Shown: positions 36,329 through 46,107 of the stretch, piece after piece | How the letters are laid out: each line of letters starts with the position of its first letter | Position numbering within the stretch: the first letter of the stretch is position 1 | NCBI GenBank assembly: GCA_963814115.1 | Contig: CAWFBS010000006.1 | Coordinates: 267,096 to 331,095, forward strand | Source: an uncultured Chloroflexia bacterium | GTDB taxonomy: Bacteria > Chloroflexota > Limnocylindria > Limnocylindrales > CSP1-4 | Length of the DNA stretch: 64,000 bases | Direction: 5' to 3' | Made by a program: the position numbers and the translations under genes | Notes under the pieces: generated by a model | What the model saw: the letters and a program-made list of their open reading frames with translations, nothing else | The model's database searches: none | Told to the model about the DNA's origin: nothing

Positions 36329-36643
36329 CACCGCACGCCTGGGCTTGATGGCCACGGTGCGGCGCTCCCGTCCCTTCGCGGGTCATCCACGAACCGGGCG
36401 AGTGCCAGGGCCGGGATCCACGCGCAATGTTGTCCCGAACCGCGGCTCGGGCGCAGCCTGCGAGCGCACAGCGGCGGGTGGAGCCCGGTGCGACGGCGGG
36501 CGAACACCGGCGGGCTGCTCGCGGGAGCGCCTCCATTTGTTGGTGACAGGAACGCGGGCCGCAGAACCAGTCAGCACGAGATCGGCTGGGGCATGGCAGG
36601 CGCGCAGATGTTCCGGACCGCGGCCCGAGTAGACTGCGCTGCC

Positions 36644-37336
36644 ATGGAGATCGGCGCCTCCTGGACGCGCAGCCCCGTGCTCGAAGGGAATCTCGTGCGC
36701 CTGGAACCCCTTGACGAGCGCCATGTCCCCGAGCTGCTGATCGCGGCGGCGGACCCCGCAACGTGGACGTGGATGCCGGTGCGCCTCGACAAGGAGCGAG
36801 CGATCCGGACGTGGCTGGCCGACGCGCTCCGCGCCCGTGACGCCGGCACGGATCTCCCATTCGCGACCGTCGAGACGGCGACTGGTCGCGCAGTCGGAAG
36901 CACCCGCTACATGGCGATCGTCCCCGCCCACCGGCGACTGGAGATCGGCTGGACGTGGCTGGCGCCGGACCGCTGGAGGACCGGCATCAACGTCGAGGCG
37001 AAGCTCCTGCTCCTGGCCCACGCGTTCGACACGCTCGACGCGATGCGGGTGGAGCTCAAGACCGATGCCCGCAACGAGCGATCCCGGGCTGCCATCCTGG
37101 CCCTCGGGGCACGGTTCGAAGGCGTCTTCCGTAAGCACATGCGGATGCCCGACGGCCGCGTCCGCGACTCGGCCTGGTACGCGATCACGGATGACGACTG
37201 GCCCGAAGTCCGGACGCGGCTCGTGGCACGCCTCGCCGCAGGTTCCAGGCCCGGGCCGCGTGCCGGCGCACCGGGCCGGCCGGGCGCGGATGGCGACCAG
37301 CGGGCCGGCGTCGACGCACCGCCACGCGCCCCGTGA
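36644..37336 (+). CDS. GNAT N-acetyltransferase (RimJ/RimL-like)
   Basis: [38 protein letters not shown]. Confidence 0.9.
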   Translation: MEIGASWTRSPVLEGNLVRLEPLDERHVPELLIAAADPATWTWMPVRLDKERAIRTWLADALRARDAGTDLPFATVETATGRAVGSTRYMAIVPAHRRLEIGWTWLAPDRWRTGINVEAKLLLLAHAFDTLDAMRVELKTDARNERSRAAILALGARFEGVFRKHMRMPDGRVRDSAWYAITDDDWPEVRTRLVARLAAGSRPGPRAGAPGRPGADGDQRAGVDAPPRAP

Positions 37337-38388
37337 GCGCTCGCCCGCTCCCGGATCTCTTGCTTCCACGGACCATGGAGGTCGCGACGGTCGACTACCA
37401 CACGGGAGGCGAGCCGTTCCGGATCGTGACGGGCGGCGTGCCGGAGATCCCGGGGGCAACGATTCTCGAGAAGCGGCGCTGGGCGGCGACGCACCTGGAC
37501 CCGGTGCGCAGGCTCCTCGTCAACGAGCCGCGCGGGCATGCCGACATGTACGGCTGCTTCCTTGTGGAACCGGAGGACGCGGGCGCCGACCTGGGCGTCC
37601 TGTTCTTTCACAACGAGGGCTACTCCACGGCCTGCGGACACGGGACGATCGCGCTGGTCACCTGGGCGCTGGAGAGCGGCCGGCTCCCGATCACCGGGCC
37701 GGAGACCTCGGTCAGCGTGGACGTCCCCTCCGGCCGGCTCGCCTGCGTGGCGCGCTGCGACGTCCCCGCCGGACGCGTGCTGGGCGTGCGGTTCCGGAAC
37801 GTGCCCGCCTTCGTGCTGGCGCGCGACGTGACGCTTGCCACCTCAGCAGGCCCGGTCCAGGCGGACGTCGCCTACGGCGGGGCGTTCTACGGAAGCGTGG
37901 ATGTTCGCTCGATCGGTCTCGCGGTGAACGCCGCCAGCCTGCCCAGGCTCATCGCGTTGCAGCGCGAGCTGCGGCCAGCGCTCGATTCGTCGCTCGACGT
38001 GGCGCACCCCGTCGAGCCGGAACTGCGTGGCATCTATGGGATCACCTGGTGGCAGGACGAGCCGACGGCCGCCGCGGACGATGCGGCCCTTACCCAGCGC
38101 AACGTGACGGTCTTCGCGGACGGCGAGGTGGATCGTTCGCCGTGCGGGAGCGGGACCTCGGCACGGCTCGCGATCCTGCATGCCCGGGGCCGGATCCAGG
38201 TGGGCCAGGAGCTCCGCCACCGGAGCATCGTCGACTCCGCTTTCGGGGGCCGCATCGTCGGGACGACCGTGATTGCGGGCCGGCCGGCGGTCGTGACCGA
38301 GGTGGAGGGCCAGGCGCATCTGACGGGGCGCCACGCGTTCTGGCTCGACCCGGCCGATCCGATCGGTACCGGATTCCTCCTCCGGTGA
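37333..38388 (+). CDS. Proline racemase / hydroxyproline epimerase family (Cys/Cys)
   Basis: [41 protein letters not shown]. Confidence 0.9.
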   Translation: MSARPLPDLLLPRTMEVATVDYHTGGEPFRIVTGGVPEIPGATILEKRRWAATHLDPVRRLLVNEPRGHADMYGCFLVEPEDAGADLGVLFFHNEGYSTACGHGTIALVTWALESGRLPITGPETSVSVDVPSGRLACVARCDVPAGRVLGVRFRNVPAFVLARDVTLATSAGPVQADVAYGGAFYGSVDVRSIGLAVNAASLPRLIALQRELRPALDSSLDVAHPVEPELRGIYGITWWQDEPTAAADDAALTQRNVTVFADGEVDRSPCGSGTSARLAILHARGRIQVGQELRHRSIVDSAFGGRIVGTTVIAGRPAVVTEVEGQAHLTGRHAFWLDPADPIGTGFLLR

Positions 38389-38537
38389 TCGCGGCGGCCG
38401 GCGCTGGCTCGAGACGCTGCCGCGGTGCCGTCCGCCGGGCCGGCCGGACGCTGGACGCTGGACGCGGCATGGGATGATCGTGCGATGCGCGCCGGCCGTC
38501 ACGCCGCGCGGACCGCGAGCAACGGGGAGGGAGCAGC

Positions 38538-38948
38538 GTGAAGGGCTTTGTCGCCAGCGTCATCGCCACCGGGGTCGCCCTGTGGCTCGCTGCGCACTAC
38601 GTCTCGGGCATCGCGATCCCCTCCTCGTCGTTCAAGACGATCCCCGACGACCTCGTCACGTTCGGGATCGTCGCGCTCGTGTTCGGCGTCGCGAACGGCC
38701 TGGTCAAGCCGGTGGTGAAGATCCTGTCGCTGCCGATCACGCTGCTGACGCTGGGCCTGGCCGGGATCGTGCTCAACGCTGTCCTCTTCCTCGGCGCGGC
38801 CTGGATCTCGGACCAGATGGGCGGCCGGATCACCGTGGGGGACTTCCCCCCGGACCTGTTGACCCAGGCGACGCTCGTGACCGCGCTGATCGGCTCGATC
38901 GTGGTGGGCGTCGTCTCGGCGGCCGTGCGCATGGCCATCCCGGACTGA
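38538..38948 (+). CDS. 4-TM YvlD / phage-holin-family-IV membrane protein
   Basis: GVANGLVKPVVKILSLPITLLTLGL..VLNA. Confidence 0.85.
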   Translation: MKGFVASVIATGVALWLAAHYVSGIAIPSSSFKTIPDDLVTFGIVALVFGVANGLVKPVVKILSLPITLLTLGLAGIVLNAVLFLGAAWISDQMGGRITVGDFPPDLLTQATLVTALIGSIVVGVVSAAVRMAIPD

Positions 38949-38952
38949 CGGC

Positions 38953-40461
38953 GTGGACCCCGCGGGGACCGGCGAGGAGCGCGACCGGCTGGGGGTCCTG
39001 GCGCCCGTCCTGCGGCGGATCGCGCGGCGGCACGGTACGCCGGCCTACGTCACGGACATCGCCGCCGTGGAGGCGGCCGCGGCGGCCATCGGCGCGGCGT
39101 TCCCGGTTCCCTGGGAGCGGCGCTATTCCCTGAAGGCGAACAACCTCCCCGCGCTCGTGGCACGCCTCGCCGGGCTGGGGTTCGGTGCGAACGTCGTCTC
39201 GCGCGGGGAGTGGGCGCTCGCGACGCGCGCGGGCATCCCGAATGCCGAGATCACGCTGGAGGGGATCGGCAAGACGGACGCTGACCTGCGGGCGGCCGCC
39301 CGGGCTGCCGCGGCGGGCGCGCCGCTGCACTGGGTCGCGCTGGAATCGGCGGACGAGGCCGCCGCCCTGGCGCGTGCGGTCGGTGCCGTCGGTGTCGTCG
39401 ACGGTGCGCTTCGCCTGGACGTGCTGCTCAGGCTCAACCCGGAGGTCGAACCGGAGACACACCGATCGCTGGCGACCGGCGCGGCCATCTCGAAGTTCGG
39501 GCTGACGGCGGATGAGGTCACGGCCGCGATCGAGGCAGGCGGAGGCTCCGATGGGCCGCTCCGCTTCCGCGGCCTCCACCTCCATGTCGGGTCGCAGCTG
39601 GGGGCTGCCGACGCCTGGCGAGACGCGGTCCGCAGGGCGTTGGCCCTCCTGGCGCTCCTCAAAGGCGGGCTGCCGACGTTCGACACGCTCGACATCGGCG
39701 GTGGCTTTCCGGTGGGCCCGCTGGGTGTGCCGGTGCCGGATCCCGGTCGCTTTGCCCGCGAGCTTCCGCCGATCCTGGCGAGCATTCCGGCCGACCGGCG
39801 ACCGGATCGACTCGCCGTGGAGCCCGGGCGAGCGCTTGTAGCGCGCGCCGGCTGGATCGTGGCGCGGGTCCTCCATGTCAGGGAGCGACTGGCGCCTCGG
39901 GGCCTGCCGGCCCTGCTGGATCGTTCGGGACCGCTTGGCCTCGCGGTCGTGCCACGCGAGGCAGAGGCGGAGGATCGCGCGGAGCGTCTCGTCGTGATCG
40001 ACGCGGGGATGACCGAGCTGGTGCGGCCCGCGCTCTACGGTGCCGAGCACGGGATCGTCGCGCTCACCTCGCGCGGGCGGGCGGTGAGCCCGGCGTCGGA
40101 CGGTGCCCGGCAACGTGCATCCGCCGCCTGGAGCGCGGCGGCTGATCTTCGCAGGTCCATCGAGGCGACACGTCGCGGCGCGGCTGGACAACCGCAACGG
40201 CTCGACGAGGCGGGGTCAGAGTCGGGCTGGCCACCCGTCCGCGTCGACGGCCCGATCTGCGAGTCGACCGACACGTTCGGTGAGCACCGCCTCCCACCGT
40301 TGCAGCGCGGCGACCTGGTCGCGATCCGCGACACGGGTGCCTACGGCGCGACGATGCGCTCCGCTTACAACGGCCGGCCGCGCCCCCCGGAGGTGTTCGT
40401 GGAGGTCGACGGCTCGCTGACGCTGGCCCGTCGGCGCGGGACTCTCGCCTCGCTCGGCTGA
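38953..40461 (+). CDS. lysA: Diaminopimelate decarboxylase-like PLP enzyme
   Basis: YSLKAN, LRLNP, SKFG, HLHVGSQ, DIGGGF, EPGR, GPICESTD, GAYG. Confidence 0.8.
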   Translation: MDPAGTGEERDRLGVLAPVLRRIARRHGTPAYVTDIAAVEAAAAAIGAAFPVPWERRYSLKANNLPALVARLAGLGFGANVVSRGEWALATRAGIPNAEITLEGIGKTDADLRAAARAAAAGAPLHWVALESADEAAALARAVGAVGVVDGALRLDVLLRLNPEVEPETHRSLATGAAISKFGLTADEVTAAIEAGGGSDGPLRFRGLHLHVGSQLGAADAWRDAVRRALALLALLKGGLPTFDTLDIGGGFPVGPLGVPVPDPGRFARELPPILASIPADRRPDRLAVEPGRALVARAGWIVARVLHVRERLAPRGLPALLDRSGPLGLAVVPREAEAEDRAERLVVIDAGMTELVRPALYGAEHGIVALTSRGRAVSPASDGARQRASAAWSAAADLRRSIEATRRGAAGQPQRLDEAGSESGWPPVRVDGPICESTDTFGEHRLPPLQRGDLVAIRDTGAYGATMRSAYNGRPRPPEVFVEVDGSLTLARRRGTLASLG

Positions 40462-40522
40462 CCGGGGCTCGGCGGGACCGCGGGCCTCGTCCGGGCACCG
40501 GCGAACCGGGCACCAGCGCGTG

Positions 40523-40582
40523 CCGGGGACCGACGGGCGCGACCGGGGACCGACGGGCGCGACCGGGCACCGACGGGCTCGG
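40523..40582 (+). repeat. 20-bp tandem repeat, about 3 copies
   Basis: CCGGGGACCGACGGGCGCGA twice plus degenerate CCGGGCACCGACGGGCTCGG. Confidence 0.8.
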
Positions 40583-40608
40583 CCCGACGTGCGCGGTACG
40601 ATGGCCAG

Positions 40609-42717
40609 GTGAGCGAGAGCAGCAGCCAGGGCCAGGGGCGCACGTCGGAGCGCGACCGCTTTCGGGCGCGGCTCGCCGGCCGACCTCTCGTCGCCGATGG
40701 CGCCACGGGCACGTTGCTGTTCTCGCGGGGGATTCCCCAGCGAGCCTGCCTCGACGAGCTGGTCCTGTCGCGGCCGGACCTCGTGGGCACGATCCATCGC
40801 GAGTACCTGGATGCTGGTGCGGACCTCGTGGAAACGTCCACGTTCGGCGCGAACCGGGTCCGCCTCGCCGGCTGGGGCCTGGGGCACCTCGCCGCCCGGC
40901 TCAACCGGCGGGGCGCCCAGCTCGCGCGCGAGGCACGTGACGTTGCCGGGCGGGATGCCCTGGTCGCGGGGTCCATGGGGCCGCTCGGCCGCCCCGCGCA
41001 CGGCGACCTGGGAATCGGCGACGCTGCGGCTCGGGCCGCATTTCGCGAGCAGCTCGACGGGCTCCTCGAAGGTGGCGTGGACCTGCTGATCCTCGAGACA
41101 TTCCACGACCTCGACCAGCTGCTGCTGGCGATCGGCGAGGTCCGGGCCAGCACCGGTCTGCCGATCGTTGCCTCGATGACGTTCGGCGAGGAGCTGGGCC
41201 TCGCCGACGGCCGGACGCCGGAAATGGTCGCGGCCGCGCTGGCGGCGAGCGGCGTCGATGCGCTCGGGGTCAACTGCGGCATCGGACCCAGCACATCTCT
41301 CGACGCCCTGGGCAGGATGGACCCGGGGCGCCACGGCCTTCCGGGCTCGTTCATGCCGAACGCGGGGCTCCCGAAGCGCATCGAGGGCCAGTTCGTCTAT
41401 TCGGCCGATGCGGCCTGGTTCGGAGAGGTCGTGCCCCTTGCCCTTGCAGCCGGGGCCCGGATCGTGGGCGGCTGCTGTGGCACAACCCCCGCGCACGTCG
41501 CCGCGATGCGGTCGGCCGTGGACGCGGCGATCGCGGCCGGGAACGGGTCAGGCGAGCCGGGCCCGGACGTGGACGATCGATCCCGCCCATCCGAAGCGAT
41601 CGGGTCCGCCGGGACGGACACGCCGGCGAGACGGCGAACCGCGCTCGTCGAGATGCCACGCACCGCCGCGCCGGATGGGACGGCACCTGGTGCTCCCGAT
41701 GAGCCCGCCCCGACCGATCTCCTCCGCAAGCTCCGGGCTGGGCACTATGTGATCTCGGTGGAGATCGACCCGCCCCGCTCGATCCGGATCGAGCGGACCG
41801 TTGACGCGGCGCGGCTCCTCGCGGCGGCCGGGACCGACTGCGTCAACATCAGCGACTCGGCGATGGCGCGGGTCCGGATGGGAGCCCTGGCCGTGGCGTT
41901 CGGGATCCAGCACGACCTCGACCTCGAGTGCGTGGTCCACCTCACGACGCGCGACCGGAACCTGATGGCCCTCGAGTCGGAGCTGCTCGGGGCGCACGCC
42001 CTGGGCGTCCGCAACTTCCTGGCCCTGACGGGCGACCCTCCACGCGTCGGCGACTACCCCACGGGGACCGGTGTGTGGGACGTCGATTCGATCGGCCTGG
42101 TGCGGATCCTGGCCCGTCTCAACCGCGGCGAGGACGAGGCCGGGGCCCCGATCGGCGGCCGGGCGGCGTTCACGATCGCCTGCGCGCTCGACCCGACCGC
42201 CGAGGACACCGCGAGCGAATGGGACCGGCTGGCCCGGAAGCTCGAGGCGGGTGCGCAGCTCGTGATGACCCAGCCGCTCTTCGATGCCGCCCAGGTGGAA
42301 ACCATGCTCGCCGAGGCGCGGCGCCGGTTCGGCCCGCGGGGCTTCCCGGTACCGCTGCTCCTCGGCGTGCTCCCGCTCCAGTCGAGCAGGCACGCCGAGT
42401 TCCTCCACCACGAGGTCCCCGGGATCACGATCCCCGACGCCGCGCGGGCTGCCATGCGGGCCGCCGGTGAGTCGGCCGCGGAGGTCGGCCTGGAGACAGC
42501 GCTGGGGTTGCTGCGCGACGTCGGGACGGAGGTGGCCGGTACCTACGTGATGCCCTCGTTCGGGCGCTACGAGCAGGCGGCGGAGCTCGTGCGGCGGCTG
42601 CGCGCCGAGGTGGCGCCGGGTGCGGGGTCGCGTCACGTGGCGCCACCAACCGGTGCATCGGCGGCGCATCCTGGTCCGCCGGCGCAGCCTCCCGCATCGC
42701 CCTCGGCGCTCGGCTAG
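40609..42717 (+). CDS. yitJ: Bifunctional homocysteine S-methyltransferase / methylenetetrahydrofolate reductase (YitJ type)
   Basis: DGATGT, GVNCG, PNAGLP, GGCCGT; ISVEIDPP, TTRDRN, TGDPP, TQPLFD, HEVPGI. Confidence 0.9.
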   Translation: MSESSSQGQGRTSERDRFRARLAGRPLVADGATGTLLFSRGIPQRACLDELVLSRPDLVGTIHREYLDAGADLVETSTFGANRVRLAGWGLGHLAARLNRRGAQLAREARDVAGRDALVAGSMGPLGRPAHGDLGIGDAAARAAFREQLDGLLEGGVDLLILETFHDLDQLLLAIGEVRASTGLPIVASMTFGEELGLADGRTPEMVAAALAASGVDALGVNCGIGPSTSLDALGRMDPGRHGLPGSFMPNAGLPKRIEGQFVYSADAAWFGEVVPLALAAGARIVGGCCGTTPAHVAAMRSAVDAAIAAGNGSGEPGPDVDDRSRPSEAIGSAGTDTPARRRTALVEMPRTAAPDGTAPGAPDEPAPTDLLRKLRAGHYVISVEIDPPRSIRIERTVDAARLLAAAGTDCVNISDSAMARVRMGALAVAFGIQHDLDLECVVHLTTRDRNLMALESELLGAHALGVRNFLALTGDPPRVGDYPTGTGVWDVDSIGLVRILARLNRGEDEAGAPIGGRAAFTIACALDPTAEDTASEWDRLARKLEAGAQLVMTQPLFDAAQVETMLAEARRRFGPRGFPVPLLLGVLPLQSSRHAEFLHHEVPGITIPDAARAAMRAAGESAAEVGLETALGLLRDVGTEVAGTYVMPSFGRYEQAAELVRRLRAEVAPGAGSRHVAPPTGASAAHPGPPAQPPASPSALG

Positions 42718-42727
42718 ACTCCATCGC

Positions 42728-43060
42728 ATGGGAGCAACTGACACGATGGAGCTGTTCTTCGAGCAGCTGAACGGGGGATCGCGCGAGGGCGCGGTAGCGC
42801 TGATGGACGAGCGGATCGAGATGCGGGTCCACGTCGGCGAGAACGCCCGGACGCTGCGCGGCCTGGACCAGGTCAGCGGCTGGTTCCTCCGGGCCGACGC
42901 CGGCCTGAAGATGATCCCGGGCGCAGTACAGGACATGGGCAACACCTACCAGGCGGACCTGCTCGTGGTGCGACCCGGGGTCGAGTCCCAGCACCTCGAT
43001 GCCGCGTTCCGCGTCGAGGCCGGCAAGATCACCTCGATCAACCTGGCGCCGCGCCGCTGA
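42728..43060 (+). CDS. Small SnoaL/NTF2-like protein
   Basis: FFEQLN.G..AVALMDE..LRGLDQV..WF..FRVEAGKITSI. Confidence 0.65.
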   Translation: MGATDTMELFFEQLNGGSREGAVALMDERIEMRVHVGENARTLRGLDQVSGWFLRADAGLKMIPGAVQDMGNTYQADLLVVRPGVESQHLDAAFRVEAGKITSINLAPRR

Positions 43061-43062
43061 CG

Positions 43063-43124
43063 CTCGCCGCCGGCCGCGGCATCGCCTCGCCGCCGGCCGC
43101 GGCATGAGTTCGCCGCGGCCGGCG
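43063..43124. repeat. 20-bp direct repeat plus an inverted partial copy between convergent genes
   Basis: CTCGCCGCCGGCCGCGGCAT at 43063 and 43086; GCCGCGGCCGGCG at 43112 forms a hairpin. Confidence 0.6.
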
Positions 43125-43191
43125 TCTGGGTCCCCCTGTGCTCGCAGTCGCGACAGCGCGGGCCCGGACGGGGTCGCTTCGCTGATGACCG

Positions 43192-44595
43192 CTACGGGCC
43201 GCTGGGCGACGGGGCCGACGTGATCGTCCCGCTGTCGGTGATCGCGGGTGCCTCCGCCGGCGGGATCACGATCTCGTCCCCCAGGCCGAGCTTGTTGGGG
43301 TCCTTGATCTTCGGGTTCGCCTTTACGATCGCGTCCACCGTGACCCCGTACTTGGCGGCGATCCGCGAAAGCGTATCCCCGGCCTTGACCGTGTAGACGG
43401 TCGCGCTGGGTGACGGCACCGGCGTGATCGACGGCGCCGCCGAGGCGCCCGAGGAGGCGCTCGCCGTCGGCGTCGGGGTGGCCGCCACGCCCCCATTGCC
43501 GCTCGTGAGACCGCGGAACAGGAACGGCGCGGCGAAGAGCGCGATGCCGACGACCAGGACGATCAACCCGTACAGGACCGGCCGCGGTAGGGTCGCCAGC
43601 CCACCTCCACCGGACTTGAGCGACGGGTATGCCTCGAAGCGGCGCGGGCGCTCCCAGGCGGGCGCGGCCGGGTCCGCGACGTCCCGGCCCACACCGAGGT
43701 CCGCGATTCGATCTGCACCGCGTCCGGCGGACCGGTCAAGACCGCGGCCTGCTCCCGCCACCTGGGACCGCCCGCGGTCGCCCGGCGTGTACCCCACCGC
43801 CGCACGCCGGGCCGGCACGGCGCGCGGGACGTCGTGCGACAGGTCTGCGTCGGCGGGCTGATCCATGGCTCCTTCCGCAGCGGGACGTCGCGATGCACGT
43901 CCGGCGAGGAAGGCGGGCGCCGCCGGCTCCGCCGGGGCGAAATCCGGTTCACGATCGGCGTCTGGCGTCGGCTCGATCGGCTGGGTCCGTCGTTCCCCTG
44001 CCGGTCCAGTCCCGGCCGGGCCGGCGCCCGAGCCAGCCAGGGAGCCGAGCGCGGAGCCGGACCAGGCGCCAAGGCCAGGGCCAGTGTCGCGGACGTCGGG
44101 AATCGGACCACCGTCGGAGTCGAACGCGGGCGGTTCGGTTCGGGCCGCTCCCGCCCCGGCTGCCCCGGCCTCGCCCGCTCCCGCCCCGGCGCCGCCCACC
44201 TGCGCCACCCAGGGCGGCGGTGCCGTCCACTCGGCCCGTCGCTGCCGTTGCGGCGGCGCCGGCGTACTCTGCGGCGCCACCGGCCTGCTCGCCTGCTCGC
44301 CGACTCGGTCAGCCTGCCGCGGCGCTGTCGGGACCTGGCGGAGCGTCGGGTTGGGCTGCTCCACCGGCGGCGCTGCCTCGCGTCGCGCCCAGTCCATGAA
44401 CGTTGGGCACCCCGGAAAGGCAGAGGAAAGGCAGTAGGCAGCCTGGTGGGCGAGGGCCCGCGAGGCGGCGGGGCTTTCCGCGAAACACCGGTGGCGGTGA
44501 TCGGGAACGGTGGACCGGAAGTCCCGGTCGTCATCGAAGGCGACGAACGGACAGACAGCCTCTCGGTCCGCGCCGGCCGGGCTTCGTTCGGTCAT
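43192..44595 (-). CDS. Bitopic membrane protein: N-terminal Cys/His domain, disordered linker, TM, C-terminal LysM
   Basis: CPF..HRC..HQAAYCL..CP; TM VLYGLIVLVVGIALFAAPF; YTVKAGDTLSRIAAKYGVT..ANP..IVIP. Confidence 0.85.
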   Translation of the reverse strand: MTERSPAGADREAVCPFVAFDDDRDFRSTVPDHRHRCFAESPAASRALAHQAAYCLSSAFPGCPTFMDWARREAAPPVEQPNPTLRQVPTAPRQADRVGEQASRPVAPQSTPAPPQRQRRAEWTAPPPWVAQVGGAGAGAGEAGAAGAGAARTEPPAFDSDGGPIPDVRDTGPGLGAWSGSALGSLAGSGAGPAGTGPAGERRTQPIEPTPDADREPDFAPAEPAAPAFLAGRASRRPAAEGAMDQPADADLSHDVPRAVPARRAAVGYTPGDRGRSQVAGAGRGLDRSAGRGADRIADLGVGRDVADPAAPAWERPRRFEAYPSLKSGGGGLATLPRPVLYGLIVLVVGIALFAAPFLFRGLTSGNGGVAATPTPTASASSGASAAPSITPVPSPSATVYTVKAGDTLSRIAAKYGVTVDAIVKANPKIKDPNKLGLGDEIVIPPAEAPAITDSGTITSAPSPSGP

Positions 44596-44670
44596 GGCGC
44601 CGATCATACCGGGGATATGGCGCACGGAGCGGCCCGGCCCGAACGCGCCCGAGGGTTTCGCGACGGACGG

Positions 44671-45114
44671 TCAGCGAAGGAAGTGGATCGCCCGAAGGCC
44701 GAGGTCGCCAACGATCACGAGGATCGAGGTCCAGACGACCACACCGGCGCCCATCCACGTGATCAACCGCCGGCGGGGTGCCCCGAGGACGATCGCGATC
44801 GCGGTTCCCATCGCCGGTGCGAACACGAGCGGCGAGACGAGGCCCCAACCCGCGACGCCGTAGCGAACCCAGATGCGGTACAGGCGTCCGTGACCCGCGG
44901 CCGTAGACGAGCCCCGCCGCCGCACGAGCCAGGCGCGAGACGCCTCACCGGCCACGGCCACCACGCCGACCCCGATCATCGACCCGAGGACCGTCAGGCC
45001 CCACACGAGGAAGGGCGACAGGCCCAGCGCCAGACCCACGGGCACGGCGCCCCAGATCTCGACGACGGCGAGTCCAAGGACGCTGAGCGCGGGCGTCGGA
45101 ACAACTCCTCTCAA
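44671..45114 (-). CDS. Small multidrug-export-like membrane protein
   Basis: EIWGAVPVGLALGL, RYGVAGWGLVSP; start uncertain. Confidence 0.65.
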   Translation of the reverse strand: MRGVVPTPALSVLGLAVVEIWGAVPVGLALGLSPFLVWGLTVLGSMIGVGVVAVAGEASRAWLVRRRGSSTAAGHGRLYRIWVRYGVAGWGLVSPLVFAPAMGTAIAIVLGAPRRRLITWMGAGVVVWTSILVIVGDLGLRAIHFLR

Positions 45115-45288
45115 TCCGGGACGGACGCACGGAGATCTCCTCCGACCGGCCCGCCGCCGCGCGGACGCCGAGCCGCGGCCGCACCCGGGGGAGTATACGG
45201 TCGCCCCGGGGTGCATTCGGCCGCCCGATCAGACCGTTGGGCGCGATGCGAGCCCTGCCCCGCGGGTTCGTCACGCGGCCCGGTACTC

Positions 45289-46107
45289 CTACCCCGTCCG
45301 GCGGTAGGTCCAGATGGCAAGCGGGGCGAAGACGGCCACGATCCCGGCGATCCAGCCCAGCGCCAGCAGGACGGTGCCGGCGTCGGCGGTACCGAGGATC
45401 AGGCCGCGGGCAGCGTTCACCACGATCGTCACCGGGTTCGCCTCGGCAATCGGGCGCAGCCAGCCCGGCATCGTGGCGACCGGCACGAACGCCGAGCTCG
45501 CGAACGTGAGCGGGAAGACCGGGATGAAGATCGCCCCCTGGGCAGCCTGGGCCGACTTCGCCCGGAGGCCGATGTTCGCCGACAGCCAGCTGATCGAGTA
45601 CCCGAACAGGGTCACCAGGGCGAGGGCAAGCAGGAACTCCGGGACGGTCCCGGTGAACCGGAAGCCGATCAGGAAGCCAACGGCCGTCATGACCGCGACC
45701 GTGTACGCGTTGCGCAGGAGGTCCGCGAACGTCCGCCCGACAAGGACGCCCGAAGGCGCCATTGGGAGCGAGCGGAAGCGGTCGATGATCCCCTTCTGCA
45801 GGTCCTCGGCCAGTCCGATCGCGGTGCCGGTCCCGCCGAAGACGACTGTCTGGACGAAGATGCCCGGCATCAGGAAGGTCACGTAGTCGATCCCGGGCGT
45901 CTTGATCGCGCCGCCGAAGACGAACGCGAACAGCAGCACGAACATGATCGGCGTGACCGTGTCCACCACGAGGAGCTGTGGGTTCCGGACGACCGCCAGC
46001 ATGTTCCGCCAGGCAAGCGTGATCGAGTCGGTGACGATCCACATGGGACGGCGACGCACCCGCGGGATGGGGCGGCCGGCCGTGGCCGGCGCGGTGAGGG
46101 CGGTCAT
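45289..46107 (-). CDS. ABC-2 type permease (DrrB-like)
   Basis: PIMFVLLFAFVFGGAI, GIIDRFRSLPM, FASSAFVP..MPGWL..NP. Confidence 0.92.
   Translation of the reverse strand: MTALTAPATAGRPIPRVRRRPMWIVTDSITLAWRNMLAVVRNPQLLVVDTVTPIMFVLLFAFVFGGAIKTPGIDYVTFLMPGIFVQTVVFGGTGTAIGLAEDLQKGIIDRFRSLPMAPSGVLVGRTFADLLRNAYTVAVMTAVGFLIGFRFTGTVPEFLLALALVTLFGYSISWLSANIGLRAKSAQAAQGAIFIPVFPLTFASSAFVPVATMPGWLRPIAEANPVTIVVNAARGLILGTADAGTVLLALGWIAGIVAVFAPLAIWTYRRTG

Noticed and set aside
38538-38948. Holin as evidence of a prophage
   Set aside because: YvlD-type family is a common chromosomal membrane protein; no phage genes adjacent
40523-40582. 20-bp repeats as a CRISPR array
   Set aside because: Directly tandem, no spacers, no cas genes
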